Below, one piece after another: positions 13,330-25,199 of a DNA stretch of 64,000 nucleotides. Positions within the stretch are counted from its first letter, which is position 1. The number at the start of each line of letters is the position of its first letter. Under the pieces are notes generated by a model. It was not told the DNA's origin, did no database searches, and saw only the letters and a program-made list of their open reading frames with translations. Made by a program: the position numbers and the translations under genes. Source of the stretch: Camelus dromedarius (Eukaryota); the NCBI RefSeq assembly GCF_036321535.1, contig NC_087436.1, positions 72,976,001 through 73,040,000 of the forward strand, in the 5' to 3' direction.

Positions 13330-13591
13330 TCTTGTATAGAGTCTTAACAACTAAAAATGGATAGAAAGAATTCTCCTTGAAACTCCTGAGGGGCTGGCTA
13401 AAGAAAAAGTCCTTTAGTTCCTGCTACTCAGGATGATTGCTGATTCTTGAAGCCTAATATTGAAATTTCCCTTTTACTGTGAACAAGCCATCTCCTTCAA
13501 ATAAACTCTTTTTTTTTTTTTTTTTTTTTTTTTTGCTTAAGTTAGCTAGAATCAGTTTCTGTGGCTTGAAACTTAAGAACCTGACAATAGA
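13330..13591 (+). mobile_element. MLT1-type MaLR LTR 3' fragment with expanded poly-T (13508-13534)
   Basis: AATAAACTC(T)nGCTTAAGTTAGCTAGAATCAGTTTCTGTGGCTTGAAACTTAAGAACCTGACAATA resembles the 3' ends of old MLT1 LTRs. Confidence 0.55.
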
Positions 13592-14410
13592 AAGACTTTA
13601 GAATTTGTGATCAAATAGTTACCCAAAGACACGAAATTTCCAGGATTCCACTGGATGTCATTTTTACAGCTTTGAGAGTTGTAGGGTTCTACCAAATAGA
13701 AACATATGAAAGAAGGTCTGCCAAGTTCAAAGGATTTATAACTATGTTAAGAGCCAAAGAAATGCCATATTCAGTCAAGCCATGCAGATGGGAACAAAGA
13801 TTTCCATAAAAGGAAGGGAGTGGACTACATGGACTAGGAGACAAAACACTTTACATTATGAAGTCCTTCTAATAATTGGCATTGCAAACAAAAATCCAGT
13901 CATCACCTCAACTAATAACCTTAATTGTTACGTATGGAAGAAGATATTTAAAATGTCTCAGGATCTTATAAATGTTTATGCAGTTGTTAAGCATATTTTA
14001 AACCCAGGAAGATTTAGAATTAAGTTTTAAATATTTCAGAGAATTATATCTTAAATAAGCCCATTATAATAATAATTGTGGCTTAGGAATCTCTACATCT
14101 TTTACATTTTATGTACTTCTACTCTTTCAGAGAATTTGGCCTATTAGCATAGTCATTTCATAATTCTATTTTAAAGTACAAAAATATGTAATTTATATGG
14201 TGATTTTAAGAAGAAAATATCTTAGTTTATGTATTGTCAGAGTACTTAAAAGAACTTGAGTCACTAGTATTTGCATATTTAATTTATTAGATTTAAAAGA
14301 ATATTCAAGAATTCAGAGAGGTTTTGTTTATTAAGTCTGACAACAGAAACACCTAAAAGAGAAATTAAAATATTAAATTTATAATTGCAATTTAAAATGT
14401 CTTAAGAAGT

Positions 14411-14579
14411 TATATAGCACAGGGAACTATATTCTTCAATATTTTGTAATAAACTATAATGGAATGGAAAAGATATGAAAAAGAATACATATATATAATT
14501 GAATCACTTTACTATACAGCAGAAACTAATACAACATTGTAAATCAACTATACTTAATTTTAAAAAAAGAAAAAAAAAA
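14411..14579 (+). mobile_element. Cetartiodactyl-type L1 3' end with A tail
   Basis: TATAGCACAGGGAACTATATTC...GAAACTAATACAACATTGTAAATCAACTATACTT followed by poly-A. It is homologous to the L1 ends at 34630-34770 and 35370-35520. Confidence 0.88.
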
Positions 14580-15349
14580 CTTACGATGTTTAACTTGCTT
14601 TGTATAGGAGGCTATTATCCAAACTTTAAAAATGATATATAAAATTTGACTACATAATATACAGAACAAAATTTGTAAGCTGAAAATATAAGTCTCAGCA
14701 CTTGTAACTTCAGTAAATAGAATAATATTTTCATACTCAAAACAATCCCCTACCCCCAAAAAAATCACACTGACAGAATCCATAAGGAAAGAGACATAAA
14801 TTTCCAAGCCAGTGGTATTAACCATGTTAGCAGTAAGCATAACATACAATGAAAATGTATTACTTACATCCTATGTAATATAAATGTATATTTGATCAAG
14901 TTTTTTTTCTCAGCCTTAAACTTTTGTGCTTTCCAAATATATGATTTTTTTCTTGTAATCATATAAGGAGATTATATCTTATTCTTCTGAAGCAACTTGT
15001 CTACAACTTCCTTATGGATTGCCTATATTCATGAAGACAAGAAGAATGAAAAGAATACTGAACTGGAAGTTGTTTGAACTGGGTTAAAGTTTCTCTCTGA
15101 AACTGATTAATTACAGTTTGGGACCTAATCACTTAACTTCTTTGTGCTACAGTTTCCTCATCTGTAAAATGAAGAAAATAGAAAATAAAATCACCAAGGT
15201 TTTTACTCAACCTCAATATAATTATTAATTATATCAATAATTATTATAACAATTCTATTATTCAAAAAGAATTTAGGCTAAAGCAATGAAATATCATAAG
15301 TTATGATTAACTTGCTAAAAATAATTTTAAAAAATCATGACTCATAAGA

Positions 15350-15660
15350 TGAATACACATAAAAGATTTTATTTAACTCCTTAGTAAATGAGGAAATCAG
15401 TAAGATGTTACAACTGATTAAAGGAATTCAAAATACCATACATTTTAAGCAGATAAGAAATAATAAGATGAATTTATAAATGGATGCAAAATTGGCAAAA
15501 CTGGTCAATATTCACAAAGTGACAGTAAATTTCACTCCACTGGTCAAAATTTATATTTCTATGGACTAAAATTATTTATATTATTTGAGTTTTCTATAGA
15601 TTTTTACAATTCTACAAAGCTGTAAAATAGTCAAGACAAACAAAAGTGTACATCTGGGGC
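15350..15660. mobile_element. LTR37-like repeat fragment
   Basis: ATTTAACTCCTTAGTAAATGAGGAAATCAGTAAGATGTTACAAC resembles a recalled interspersed repeat. The family assignment is tentative. Confidence 0.35.
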
Positions 15661-16158
15661 CTCTCCAATTAAAGTTTATTCAGTATTCTCTTTTATCCAT
15701 TTCAAAATATGCCTCAATTCAAACATAAACTGAGTTGTCAAGACAACTTTGTGGAGGACTAGAGACAGTAGAAGGTAGCAGTAAGGACTAGTTCTTTACG
15801 TCTTTAACTATTCATTGTCTTCAACAGACAACTGAAGTATGATTCTATATTCAAGTAGAAAAATGGATATAAGAAATTTCTTAAAATTCTTTATTTCTTC
15901 AGATTTCCATAGCTAATAAATGGGGCCACATGTTGGCCCAGCAGAAATCTGGAAGGCATACTTGATTCCAGCCTCTTCCTCAACCCCATATCATGTTAGT
16001 AGTCTTGCTTTTGCCTCCAAAGCATATTTCAAATCTGTTTTTGTCTCTCCATCTTGACTATCACTACCCTATTCCAACCACCATAGACTTTTGTCAGAAC
16101 TACTATCATCACCTTTCAAACATGTGGCAGGACAGTATTTTTTAAACTATTAATCTTT

Positions 16159-16210
16159 TATTATTATTGTTGTTGTTGTTGTTGTTATTATTATTACTAC
16201 TACTACCACT
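16159..16210. repeat. Compound trinucleotide microsatellite (TTA)n(TTG)n(TTA)n(CTA)n
   Basis: Read directly. It explains the poly-Leu ORF at 16167. Confidence 0.9.
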
Positions 16211-17553
16211 ATGCTTTCTTTTCTTGCCCCTATTCAAACAAACAGTCAATCCAGTTTTCACTGCCAGCTGGGTAGGGAGAAGACAGGAAGGGAAGGACTA
16301 TGGCAGAGCAAAACTCAGAAGTAGCTTTGTAATCTTCCATGCCTTGGTTTCCAAAGACCTAATCCCTAAAGCTGGGAGCAGGTTATGGTATACACAAAGT
16401 ATCTAGGCCAGAATCATGAAAGCAAATGATCTCCCTAAAACAAGAAGAAATTACCAAAACTTTATGAAATAGGTTGAATAATAAGAACAGTGAGGCCTCA
16501 GAGTCTGAGGGGACTTCTAGGCAAAGCCAATGGAGAATTGGAAAGACTTCATTAATGAAATGACTATCTTTGTGGGAATCTAAGCAGACTCACAAAATTT
16601 CCTACACCCCTATCCTGGCAGAGAGCCCCTGGATTTGAAGAGCCATGTTAAACAGAATGACTGATTCTGAACAGTATTTTGGGTTTCAAAATAGACATAT
16701 GATTCAAGAACCAGATGCTCTCACCTCACTCCAAATTTTAGCATTGCATAAAGTTCTGGAACTGTAGCAAAAAAAAAAAAAAAAATTCATAAAGTTGTGG
16801 GGAAATCACCATGACTAGGATTAAAGTTTTCCACCAGCCTAATGAGATAGGAGGCTTAAAATAGAAATTGAATTGGAGAAAGTAAAGGAAGAAAAAAAGA
16901 AAAGAAAAGTGAAGGGGAAGACTAAGAAAATACAAGGGATTTTGAAATCTGTGTGTATGTAGGTCTAGTTATCCTAAAATACCACCTCTTGATATAAGAT
17001 ACTTTTAAAATATTAGCTAAACCACTATAAACATTTTAAAAATATATAATGGGACTCACAAGAAAGCAAAGGAAATCCCTTATCTCCCTTTCCCCAAAGA
17101 GAGAACAAAGCTGTAATTATAGTGATCAGCAGTTCTTAAAGCTGTAGATGCCCTAGGTTTAATGGCCACATGGGAAACAGGAGATAAGGACTTGACTTGT
17201 ATGCCTTAGAGTAATGGGATTAGATTTCTTGCATAAAGAGAAGGCTCTTGAAGGATGACTACAAATTAAATAAAAAGTGTAAGCTAGGAAAAAAAAAAAT
17301 ATGTCTGATGGTAAAGGGAGACCCAAAAGATAATATGTCTATCAGGGCCTTCACTCAGCATCATGTGAAATAATAATAATAATTAATAATAATAAGGAAA
17401 ATAGTCTCCTCCATGAGACAGAACCATAGACTTAACCTCATATGGATTTGGTTTCAATATACATTACTTAGTTCAGGAAATACCATGCTAATAATTTGAA
17501 ATTGATATGAGTTTGAGCCAAACTAGCATAATCAAGTCAAATCTTCTCTAGAG

Positions 17554-19035
17554 CAAGGATTGACAAACTATAGTCAAGAAGTCAAATCTGTTTTTGTACT
17601 GCCTGTGAGCTCAGAAAGTTTGAAAAAATTCAAAAGAAGAATATTTCTTAACACATGAAAATTATATGAAATTCAAATTTCAGAGTCTATAACTAAAGTT
17701 TCACTGGAACACAGCTACAAAATACATTTATTTGTTTACACATTGCCTACAGCTACTTCCACACTACAGCAGTGGTGCAGCGTTGACTAGCTGTGACAGA
17801 AGCTGCATGTGGCACTCTTATGGCTTCACACTGCTGCTTAGTGCACTATAAATAATAGTGATGCAGTCATAGCTTTGCAGCATACCTAGTGTCACATACA
17901 TTGGTGTGTGTGTGTACCCATCATGTCCAAAGAAACAAAAATAAAAATGAAAAGCAGACTCCAAGTATCACAATTTTAAGACACAATGGATGTGAATTAT
18001 GCTATTGCTATGCTAAAAAAGTATATTATATGTCAATATCATCAAATTAAATAATTATCACACTCTTGCCAACGCACAATATTCCAAAACAGTCAGAAAA
18101 AATAGAAAATTTAAAACAAATATCTCATTAGATCAGAATTTTCCCATGAAAATTAAAAATCAATATGAAGCTGCACCCAAAGTAACCTTCCCAATGACTC
18201 ATTCACTAGTAAAGCAAGAGAAATTATTTACCAATTGTGAGTTAATTAAATTGAATTTGATTGCAGCAGCCAAAAACAAAATGGTTTCCACGGAAAATGA
18301 ACTTGTTTGGACCATTAAGCTTTCTGTGAGACCACGTGCTCAAAGAGTTGAGGAAATTAGAAGCAGCATCAATAGTCAACTTAAAAACAGCAACAAAAAT
18401 ATTATTTCTAATGGTTTTCCTTAGCTCTTGATGAGTCAACAGATGTTATCAATACTGGTTCATATGTGGTTATTTGAGGATTCAATACCAAATTTGAAAT
18501 GACTGAAAATTTCACCTCTATAAATAGAGTAAAACTACAGTCAAGAATATTTTCAAGGAACCTAAGGAAACATGAATGCAGTACAACATAAGGCGGAATC
18601 TACTAAGATGTTTTACAATTGATGGTGGTAAAAAATATGTGTAGAGCAGGAAAAAAAAAAAGCCTAGGTGGACAAATTTATAAATATTGTGAAAATGTAA
18701 GAATTTAAAGCCCAGGTTATTGACTGTATTTTTCATTACAATTATTTGTGGAAGTTATTGGAATTTATCATGTACTATTAAACATTTAGTGTGAATGATG
18801 TGGTTCACTTGCTTTCATGGGCTTAACCATTTTCAGTTACATGAATTTTTCAGAAATACAAGCTGAACCCTGACTTACTGTACCACACATCAGTTCAATA
18901 ACATAGCAATGGTATGGTTTTATTATAATTATTTTTAGCTCAGAGCTGATAATTAAATTTTTCTGGCTAGGAAAATCTGTCTTCAGTCACTATTATTGAA
19001 CACTGAATGGCTCTGGAAATTAACTTCTGCTGACC
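17554..19035 (+). mobile_element. Cheshire-like hAT-Charlie DNA transposon, 5' part with decayed transposase
   Basis: CTCTAGAG target (17546-17553) followed by a MER58-type end CAAGGATTGACAAACTA. Transposase motifs occur in shifting frames: KQEKLFTNCELIK...IKLSVRPRAQRVEEI, WFSLALDESTDVINT (18412-18456), NLLRCFTIDGGK, DLLYHTSVQ*HS. Confidence 0.85.
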
Positions 19036-19037
19036 TT

Positions 19038-19400
19038 TGCATTAGTCAATTGCTTTTGGTTGCAGAAGGCAGAAACCCAATTTGAACTAGCTTGACAAAA
19101 AGGGGAAGTTTATCAAAAAGCTCACAGAGTGGGAGGAAGGACAAGGATACAGATACATCTCAGAGACAAGTGTGACTAGGGACTAAAATATCACCAGGCT
19201 TCTTTTCTTCCATTTCTAGTTTTCTTTGAGAATCAGGTTTCTGTATCTTAATTCAGACCAGTTTCTTCCACATGCTGGAGTGGTCCACCAGAGTACTGGA
19301 ACTCCATAACTTCATTTCAGAGAGCAACTATGAGTGATATTTTCTGGTCCCAAGTTTGAAAATCCTGGGAAAGTGCACTGAGTAGATCACTGCAGCAAAA
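19038..19400 (-). mobile_element. Old MLT1 (J/K-like) LTR fragment
   Basis: TGCATTAGTCA...TTTGGTTGCAGAAGGCAGAAACCCAATTTGAACTAGCTT is the reverse complement of a typical old MLT1 3' end. It abuts the truncated hAT element. Confidence 0.6.
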
Positions 19401-19544
19401 GAGGCAGGCTCCATGAGAAGATGCAACCCCCACCGGAACCTCTTGATTTGAGAAGGGAAAAGAGCATTTCTCTGAAGAAAGGACTGCTCTGGGAAGTTAA
19501 AATCATTGATGTTCTTAGCAGTCTTCTAAGATGTTTTGCTAAAC

Positions 19545-20632
19545 CAGCAATTCTCCAAGTGTGGTCCACAGACTCAGGGGTTCCCAAGATCCTTTGAGGT
19601 CCACAAAATCAAAACTCAAATACAACTTACATTTTAAAATTTTTGGCCTTTTTTTAACTTTTGCATTGATGATGCAAAAGCAATTGTGGGAAAATTTCTG
19701 GTGCCTCAGCATTAATGAAGAATTGGCACCAAATTCTACTAGTACTCATTGTATTCCTCAACACCATGCTGCCCAGTTTAAAGGGGGAAAAAGTAAGTTT
19801 CACTTAAGAATTTCCTTAAAGAAGAGTAAAAATTATTAATTTTAATAAATCTTGATCTCGAATATGCATCTTTTACATATTTTATGTAAATAAAGGGAAA
19901 AAAACATAAATCATGTTTGCTGCCTGCCAAAGGGAGGTGATTGTCTCAAGGAAATGCACTTATGTAATTATTTGAGTCACAAGCTGAAGCAACCACTTTT
20001 TTCATGGAACACAATTTATACTTTAAAGAAAAACTAACAGACAAACTATGCTTATTCTGACTTGGATATTTGTAAGACATTTTTTTTCCATGAAGTTAGA
20101 CTGTCACTTCAAGGAAAACAACAGTATCTGGTGTCAATAATAAGAGTCAAGCTTTCAAGTGAAAATTAAAATTTTGTCAAACTTGTATCCTCCATTATTG
20201 ACTTGACAGTTTCACAATATTTAAAGATTTCTCTGATGACGTAAGTGAAGATATTATTTTTGATACTGTATAATGAAATATGCTAAAATTTGGAAGATCT
20301 TCATAAATCAGTGAACCAATATTTTCTATAAGACCAATGCACGATGTTACAAAACACATGTGGGTAAGAGACACATTCAAAGTGCAAGATAGACCAATCA
20401 ATTTGAACAGAAGAGAATATGAAAATCTTACTGAGATGCTTTCAGATTCCACTTTGCTGCTAACTTTGAGAAACTACTGTTTATTGAGTTTATGTGAAAC
20501 ATAAAAGAACAAAACCCACAATTATCTGAAAGGGCCCTTAAAGTGTTCCTTCCGCATAAACAAATGGTTTTTAGAGTTCTTACTTTTAGGAGGGTAAAGG
20601 AGCCCTGGGACCAAAATGTTTGATAAATGCTG
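19545..20632. mobile_element. Charlie1a/b-like non-autonomous hAT transposon with both ends
   Basis: Termini CAGCAATTCTCCAAGTGTGGTCC and GACCAAAATGTTTGATAAATGCTG. Flanks TGCTAAAC (19537-19544) and CTCTAAAC (20633-20640) form a degenerate 8-bp TSD. Internal Charlie1 blocks are present (CTGTCACTTCAAGGAAAACAAC, CAGTGAACCAATATTTTC). Confidence 0.85.
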
Positions 20633-20789
20633 CTCTAAACTATGCAGAAGTAGACTTCTAGGGACAAGCAGCATTGTCAATGCCTCTGAGTGGTAAGGAG
20701 TCTCTAACACTACACTGACAATTGGGAAGATTTTACTATTGATACTCATTTTTATCATCATCATAGCCATTCCTGCCAAATATAATAGG

Positions 20790-20975
20790 AAACATTTATT
20801 AAGACTCTGCTCTGTCTAGGGTCTGTTCTAAATGTTCTCCATGCATTTAATCCTTACAATAATACTTTGAAGTATAGTGTCATTATTATTACCATCTTCT
20901 TCATTTCATAGAAAGAGAAACTGAGAGTTAGAGAGGTTAATGAGGGTTAGAGAACATGCAGTTAGCAAGTCTTAG
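20790..20975 (-). mobile_element. MIR SINE
   Basis: ACATTTATTAAG...TTTAATCCTTACAATAA...GAAACTGAGAGTTAGAGAGGTTAA is the reverse complement of the MIR core. Confidence 0.7.
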
Positions 20976-21081
20976 GTTTCCAACTACCCCACTGTCAGTT
21001 AAGAAAGTCCCACCAGCATTTGCTCTGTACTTTTATAGAACACATCCATGAGGCAAGAGACTGAGCCCAGTGCTCTGTAGC

Positions 21082-21361
21082 TGCACTGATCATTACAATA
21101 GCTGCTGGCCATGTTTGGTTATTGAGTATTCATAATGTGCTTAGTCTGAATTGAGACATTATATAAGTATAGAATCAACACTGGATTTTGAAGGCTTAGA
21201 ATAAGATAAAGAATGTAAAATATCCTATGAATATTTTGCTGTTCATTACATGTTGAAATGATAAATGTTTTAGGTATATCAAGTTAAACAAAGCACAGCA
21301 TTAAAATTAATTTCTCCTGTTTCTTTCTCCATTTCTAAAAATATGACTTCTGGAGTTTTAG
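21082..21361 (-). mobile_element. MER33-like hAT MITE
   Basis: TAGTCTGAATTGAGA, CACTGGATTTTGAAGGCTTAG, TTACATGTTGAAATGATAA and ATTAAAATTAATTTCTCCTGTTTCTTT blocks. Confidence 0.75.
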
Positions 21362-23239
21362 ACTTGTTTAAATAAGAAGTTTTATTAAGTTCATCACCTC
21401 CAAGAGGCCAGTTTCTTCCTTCCTGAAATCTTTTAAGGGCTTCCTCCTTAATTAAAATAAAAATTAGTGACATGTGGTTTAGTGTCCTCAAAGAGCTCAC
21501 ACAGCTTCAAACAAGTTTATTTAAATCAGGGAAACAATCATGTTTCATCATGCCCTTGTAAAACTGCCTTTGTTCATGCAAATATTTCTTGGCAAAGTTC
21601 CAAATTTACTCTTTTTCCCATATTACATAGTTGCCTTTAATCTTTTTACCATTAATATTTAAAAAAAATTTAAAAAGGAAATTAGAGTTAAGAAGGGAGA
21701 CCCAAAGAGATGTGAGGAAGCAAATAGCAGAACTCAGGGAGACATTTTTGCAATGCAGCTTGGGAAGAGAAATGAAAACAAGGCAAAATATATCAGGATC
21801 TTGAGGCTGCTGCATTCTTGCCCTTGGGAAAGAGGGAGGTGGGGAAGGAGCTGTCAGAGAGAGTTTAGAACTTTCCCCTGCAGCTCAGATGTAACGGGGG
21901 TAGAAGTACCCAGGGGCAGAGTCCAAATCACATAACCGTGTGTGTGAAGAAATAACTGCGGCAGGCATTAACATTTCTCCTTGTACTTTAGATTTCAAAA
22001 TAATTTTTAAATGTACGTCAAAGATTTTCCTCTAATAATAGCTAACATTTATGGGCACTTAGAATACGCCAAGCCTTTCATGTATGTAATCCATCTAACC
22101 TTCCCAATGATGCCAGGAGGAAACTGAGGCATAGAGGTGCCAAGTAATTAGTCAGTTAGTCATTAGTCCATGATGGAGAGAGAATGAGAGTCCAGCCTTC
22201 AGGGACCATGGAATAGACATCAGAATTCAGCCTTTAACCACTGAATGTACTGCTTCACCCAGGGCTCTCAACTGAGTTATTCTGTCTCTTCTAGGCCATG
22301 ATGAATCAGAGTCCAGAGCTAACACTTCCATATTATCTAACATATATTATCTGACTTTATAAGTTATAATTAATTCAGTTTTTCAAAAACTAAGTCAACC
22401 AAGGGCAATTTTTAAACAATGTCGAAAGTCTATAACCCTAGAAATTCATTTTAACAGTGATCAGAAAAGAGTGGAAGTCAGTAAAAGGCAGATTTAACTT
22501 AGATTTTATCCCAGTGGAGCATTGTGAAAGAACTAAGAATTCTGTGAAGAAACTGGCTTTTGCTATAAGACATTAAAGGGTCTTAACGGTTTGCTTAAGG
22601 GTTACATGCAAATTTCATCCCTGACCCCACTGAGGAGTGCGAGTTCCCCTGCTATATCTTATCACCTTTCGGTTTCCTTCATATTTAAACTTTCATTAAG
22701 TGTCTCTCAGTTTCTTTATTTGTAAAATTGAGATAAACGTATAGAGTGTAAAGTTTAAACAGATTACACAAAATGCTTGAAATACTTCCTAACATATAAT
22801 AGAAGCTCAATAAATGTTAGTAGGTATTATTATTATAGCATTTAACATAATAAAGTATTGCGTATATTTTTAACTCTTTTTATTCAATTTATTTCAACAA
22901 GCAACAACGACAAAAATTTACGCATTTCTCCCTTCCCCCACCACTTTAACATAATAAATTATTGCATATTCTTCTGTGATCGTTCAAAGTTTGACTCCTC
23001 ACTACTAGAATATAAACTTCCTGATGGCAGCAGAATGAACCACTGTGGCATACGTCACAGTGACAAAGAATGTGCCTTCTTGCTTTTCTGAAGTTCAGCA
23101 TAGCCTTTGACTTGCTTTCACCAATAAAATATGAGCAAAACTGTCACTTCCAGGTGGAAGACTTAAATGCTGCACTTAACTCTCCTCCTCTGTCTCCCCC
23201 CATCTCAGTGAGTGTAGAAGCAGGTTTCGATATGGAATA

Positions 23240-23395
23240 TAACACTAAGTCCTGATGTATAGGAAATCTACTCTGGGGAGTAACCTGGATCCACAGAAGA
23301 TGATGATGAGTAATAAATAGACCATTATTGCTTAAGCCTCTGAGACTTTGGGGTGGTTTATTACAGCAGCATAACCCACCTACTTTGACTATCAC
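23240..23395 (+). mobile_element. MLT1 (H/I-like) LTR 3' fragment
   Basis: TAATAAA...TTGCTTAAGCCTCTGAGACTTTGGG...TTATTACAGCAGCATAACC...TGACTA. Confidence 0.55.
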
Positions 23396-24709
23396 AACCC
23401 ATTCTATTTCCACAGCCTAGCATAAGGTCTGGTACCTGGTAAGTGATTAATTATGTTTTCACTAAATTAATAAATCAAAAGTTTTCATCATTAATAAAAA
23501 TGAATTATTTTAGTTAAAGAAATTCTTTTCAGTTCTATTCTGTGTACAATTAAAAGCTTTGGAAATGTTAACTGATTCATATGTGGGCCTCACCATTCTT
23601 TAGCTACCAAACCATCATGATAGATATCAAAGACAGTCACACCTGCTTTGCACTAGTGAGGGACATCAGTAAAGTTTTGTTGAATTTCAATTGAATAACT
23701 TTTTCTGTGAAGTGGAAAACTTTTATTTATGTCATAGAGTTACTTACTTAAAATGCCCTAATCTAATAGCATTAGTACCTTCTAGAACATGCCTGCAAAA
23801 TTCCATCTGTGTGTGGTCCCTGCTCCTCCCCATCCCCACGCCCCACCCAGAGGCAGAAATTCTTCATAATCACATAGAATACACTAGAACTAGGAAGGAC
23901 CTGAAGGTCAAAAGCATTAAGAGAACTTGTTTAATAAATTGAATTTGCAGTTTTTCTGGCCAGGGAGGAGGAAAGGGGGATGGGCATTTGCTAATAGTGT
24001 CTTCTACTTCTCATTTCAATGAGAATCAATAACACATTTACCAAGACAAAAGAAAAACTATGAGCTCAGTTGAATCTGATTGTGAAAGCATGATAAGCTC
24101 TGCAAGTGGTAGCAGTGGGGTCAGGCAGAGGAACTGATGTCATCACAGAGAAAGTCATGAGACCCAAAAGATGGAGAAGATAAAACACGAGACTCTGGCT
24201 GGTATATGAGAAAGAAGTCACAGAAGAAGAAAGGTGTTCTCCAGCTTTGAATGCACCTGAGCAAATCAGTTCTTTAGGAAGACTCCTTAATTCCTGTGGC
24301 ACCCCAGCTCTAGTGACTAGGGGACTACCAGGCTCGTAATAACATAGATATTGGGACATGATCTGGTGTCTGGCCCGATAGAGGTGTGGAAGTAAGCAAG
24401 TCTAAAGTGATGGGGAGGATTAAGTGAAAGTCAGCTTTGATCTGTGTGAACACACAGAGCTTTGAAGAGGGAGTATAGTACAGGGATGACCCATGGTCCC
24501 TAGGCAGGCATCTTACCTCTACCATTATCTAGTAATGGTTGAGCTTGAGCAAGTACTCAGATCTCTTGATGCTTTCATTTTCTCTCCTGACAATGAAACT
24601 ATAACCGTGCCCCCTTCAAATGATTGTTCTGATAACCTGATTTGGTTAACACCTGCATAACACAGTTATCCAACACACAGCAATTCTCAGCCTTTGCTAT
24701 TATGCCCTT

Positions 24710-24870
24710 CAATTCTGGGATCCAGCTATGTGATCTTGAGCACATTACTTATCTTCTCTTTGCCTTAGTTTTCTCATCTGTAAAATGGAATAATAATTCT
24801 TATGTCATAGGGTCGTTAGAAGACATCACCATACAACACCAAGTAGGGTGCCTGGTTCATAATTATCCTA
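24710..24870 (+). mobile_element. MIR SINE just upstream of the CpG island
   Basis: AGCTATGTGATCTTGAGCA...GCCTTAGTTTTCTCATCTGTAAAATGGAATAATAA MIR core. Confidence 0.75.
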
Positions 24871-25199
24871 TGATCACTGTTACCTGACATCAGTACTATT
24901 TCTTCAAGTAAGAAGCTGAATGTGATAGCAGACATCCAGGCTCAGGCACCAGGAAATGCAGTGGGGTTGAGTATGTGTGAGGTTTTAATGTACACGTAGG
25001 AACATTTGGAGAAATGAAGGAAAAGGAAACCGTTCTAATACTTGGAAAGAAATGTGTATGTTCTCTTACAGTGGTGGAGTCTTGGTTCTTCGAGGCGACA
25101 CCTAAGATGGCATATTGTTGTCATCACCTAAGATGACACGTGTTTAAAGGATAATAATTCATGTAAGAAAAACGGACATAAATTCCTGGGAGCAGAGAT

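Noticed and set aside
16167..16406. Signal-peptide-like poly-Leu ORF
   Set aside because: It is the translation of a (TTG)/(TTA)/(CTA) microsatellite.
16500..17545. Possible very old L1/HAL1 5' region
   Set aside because: Resemblance is only compositional, with no diagnostic motif I can quote.
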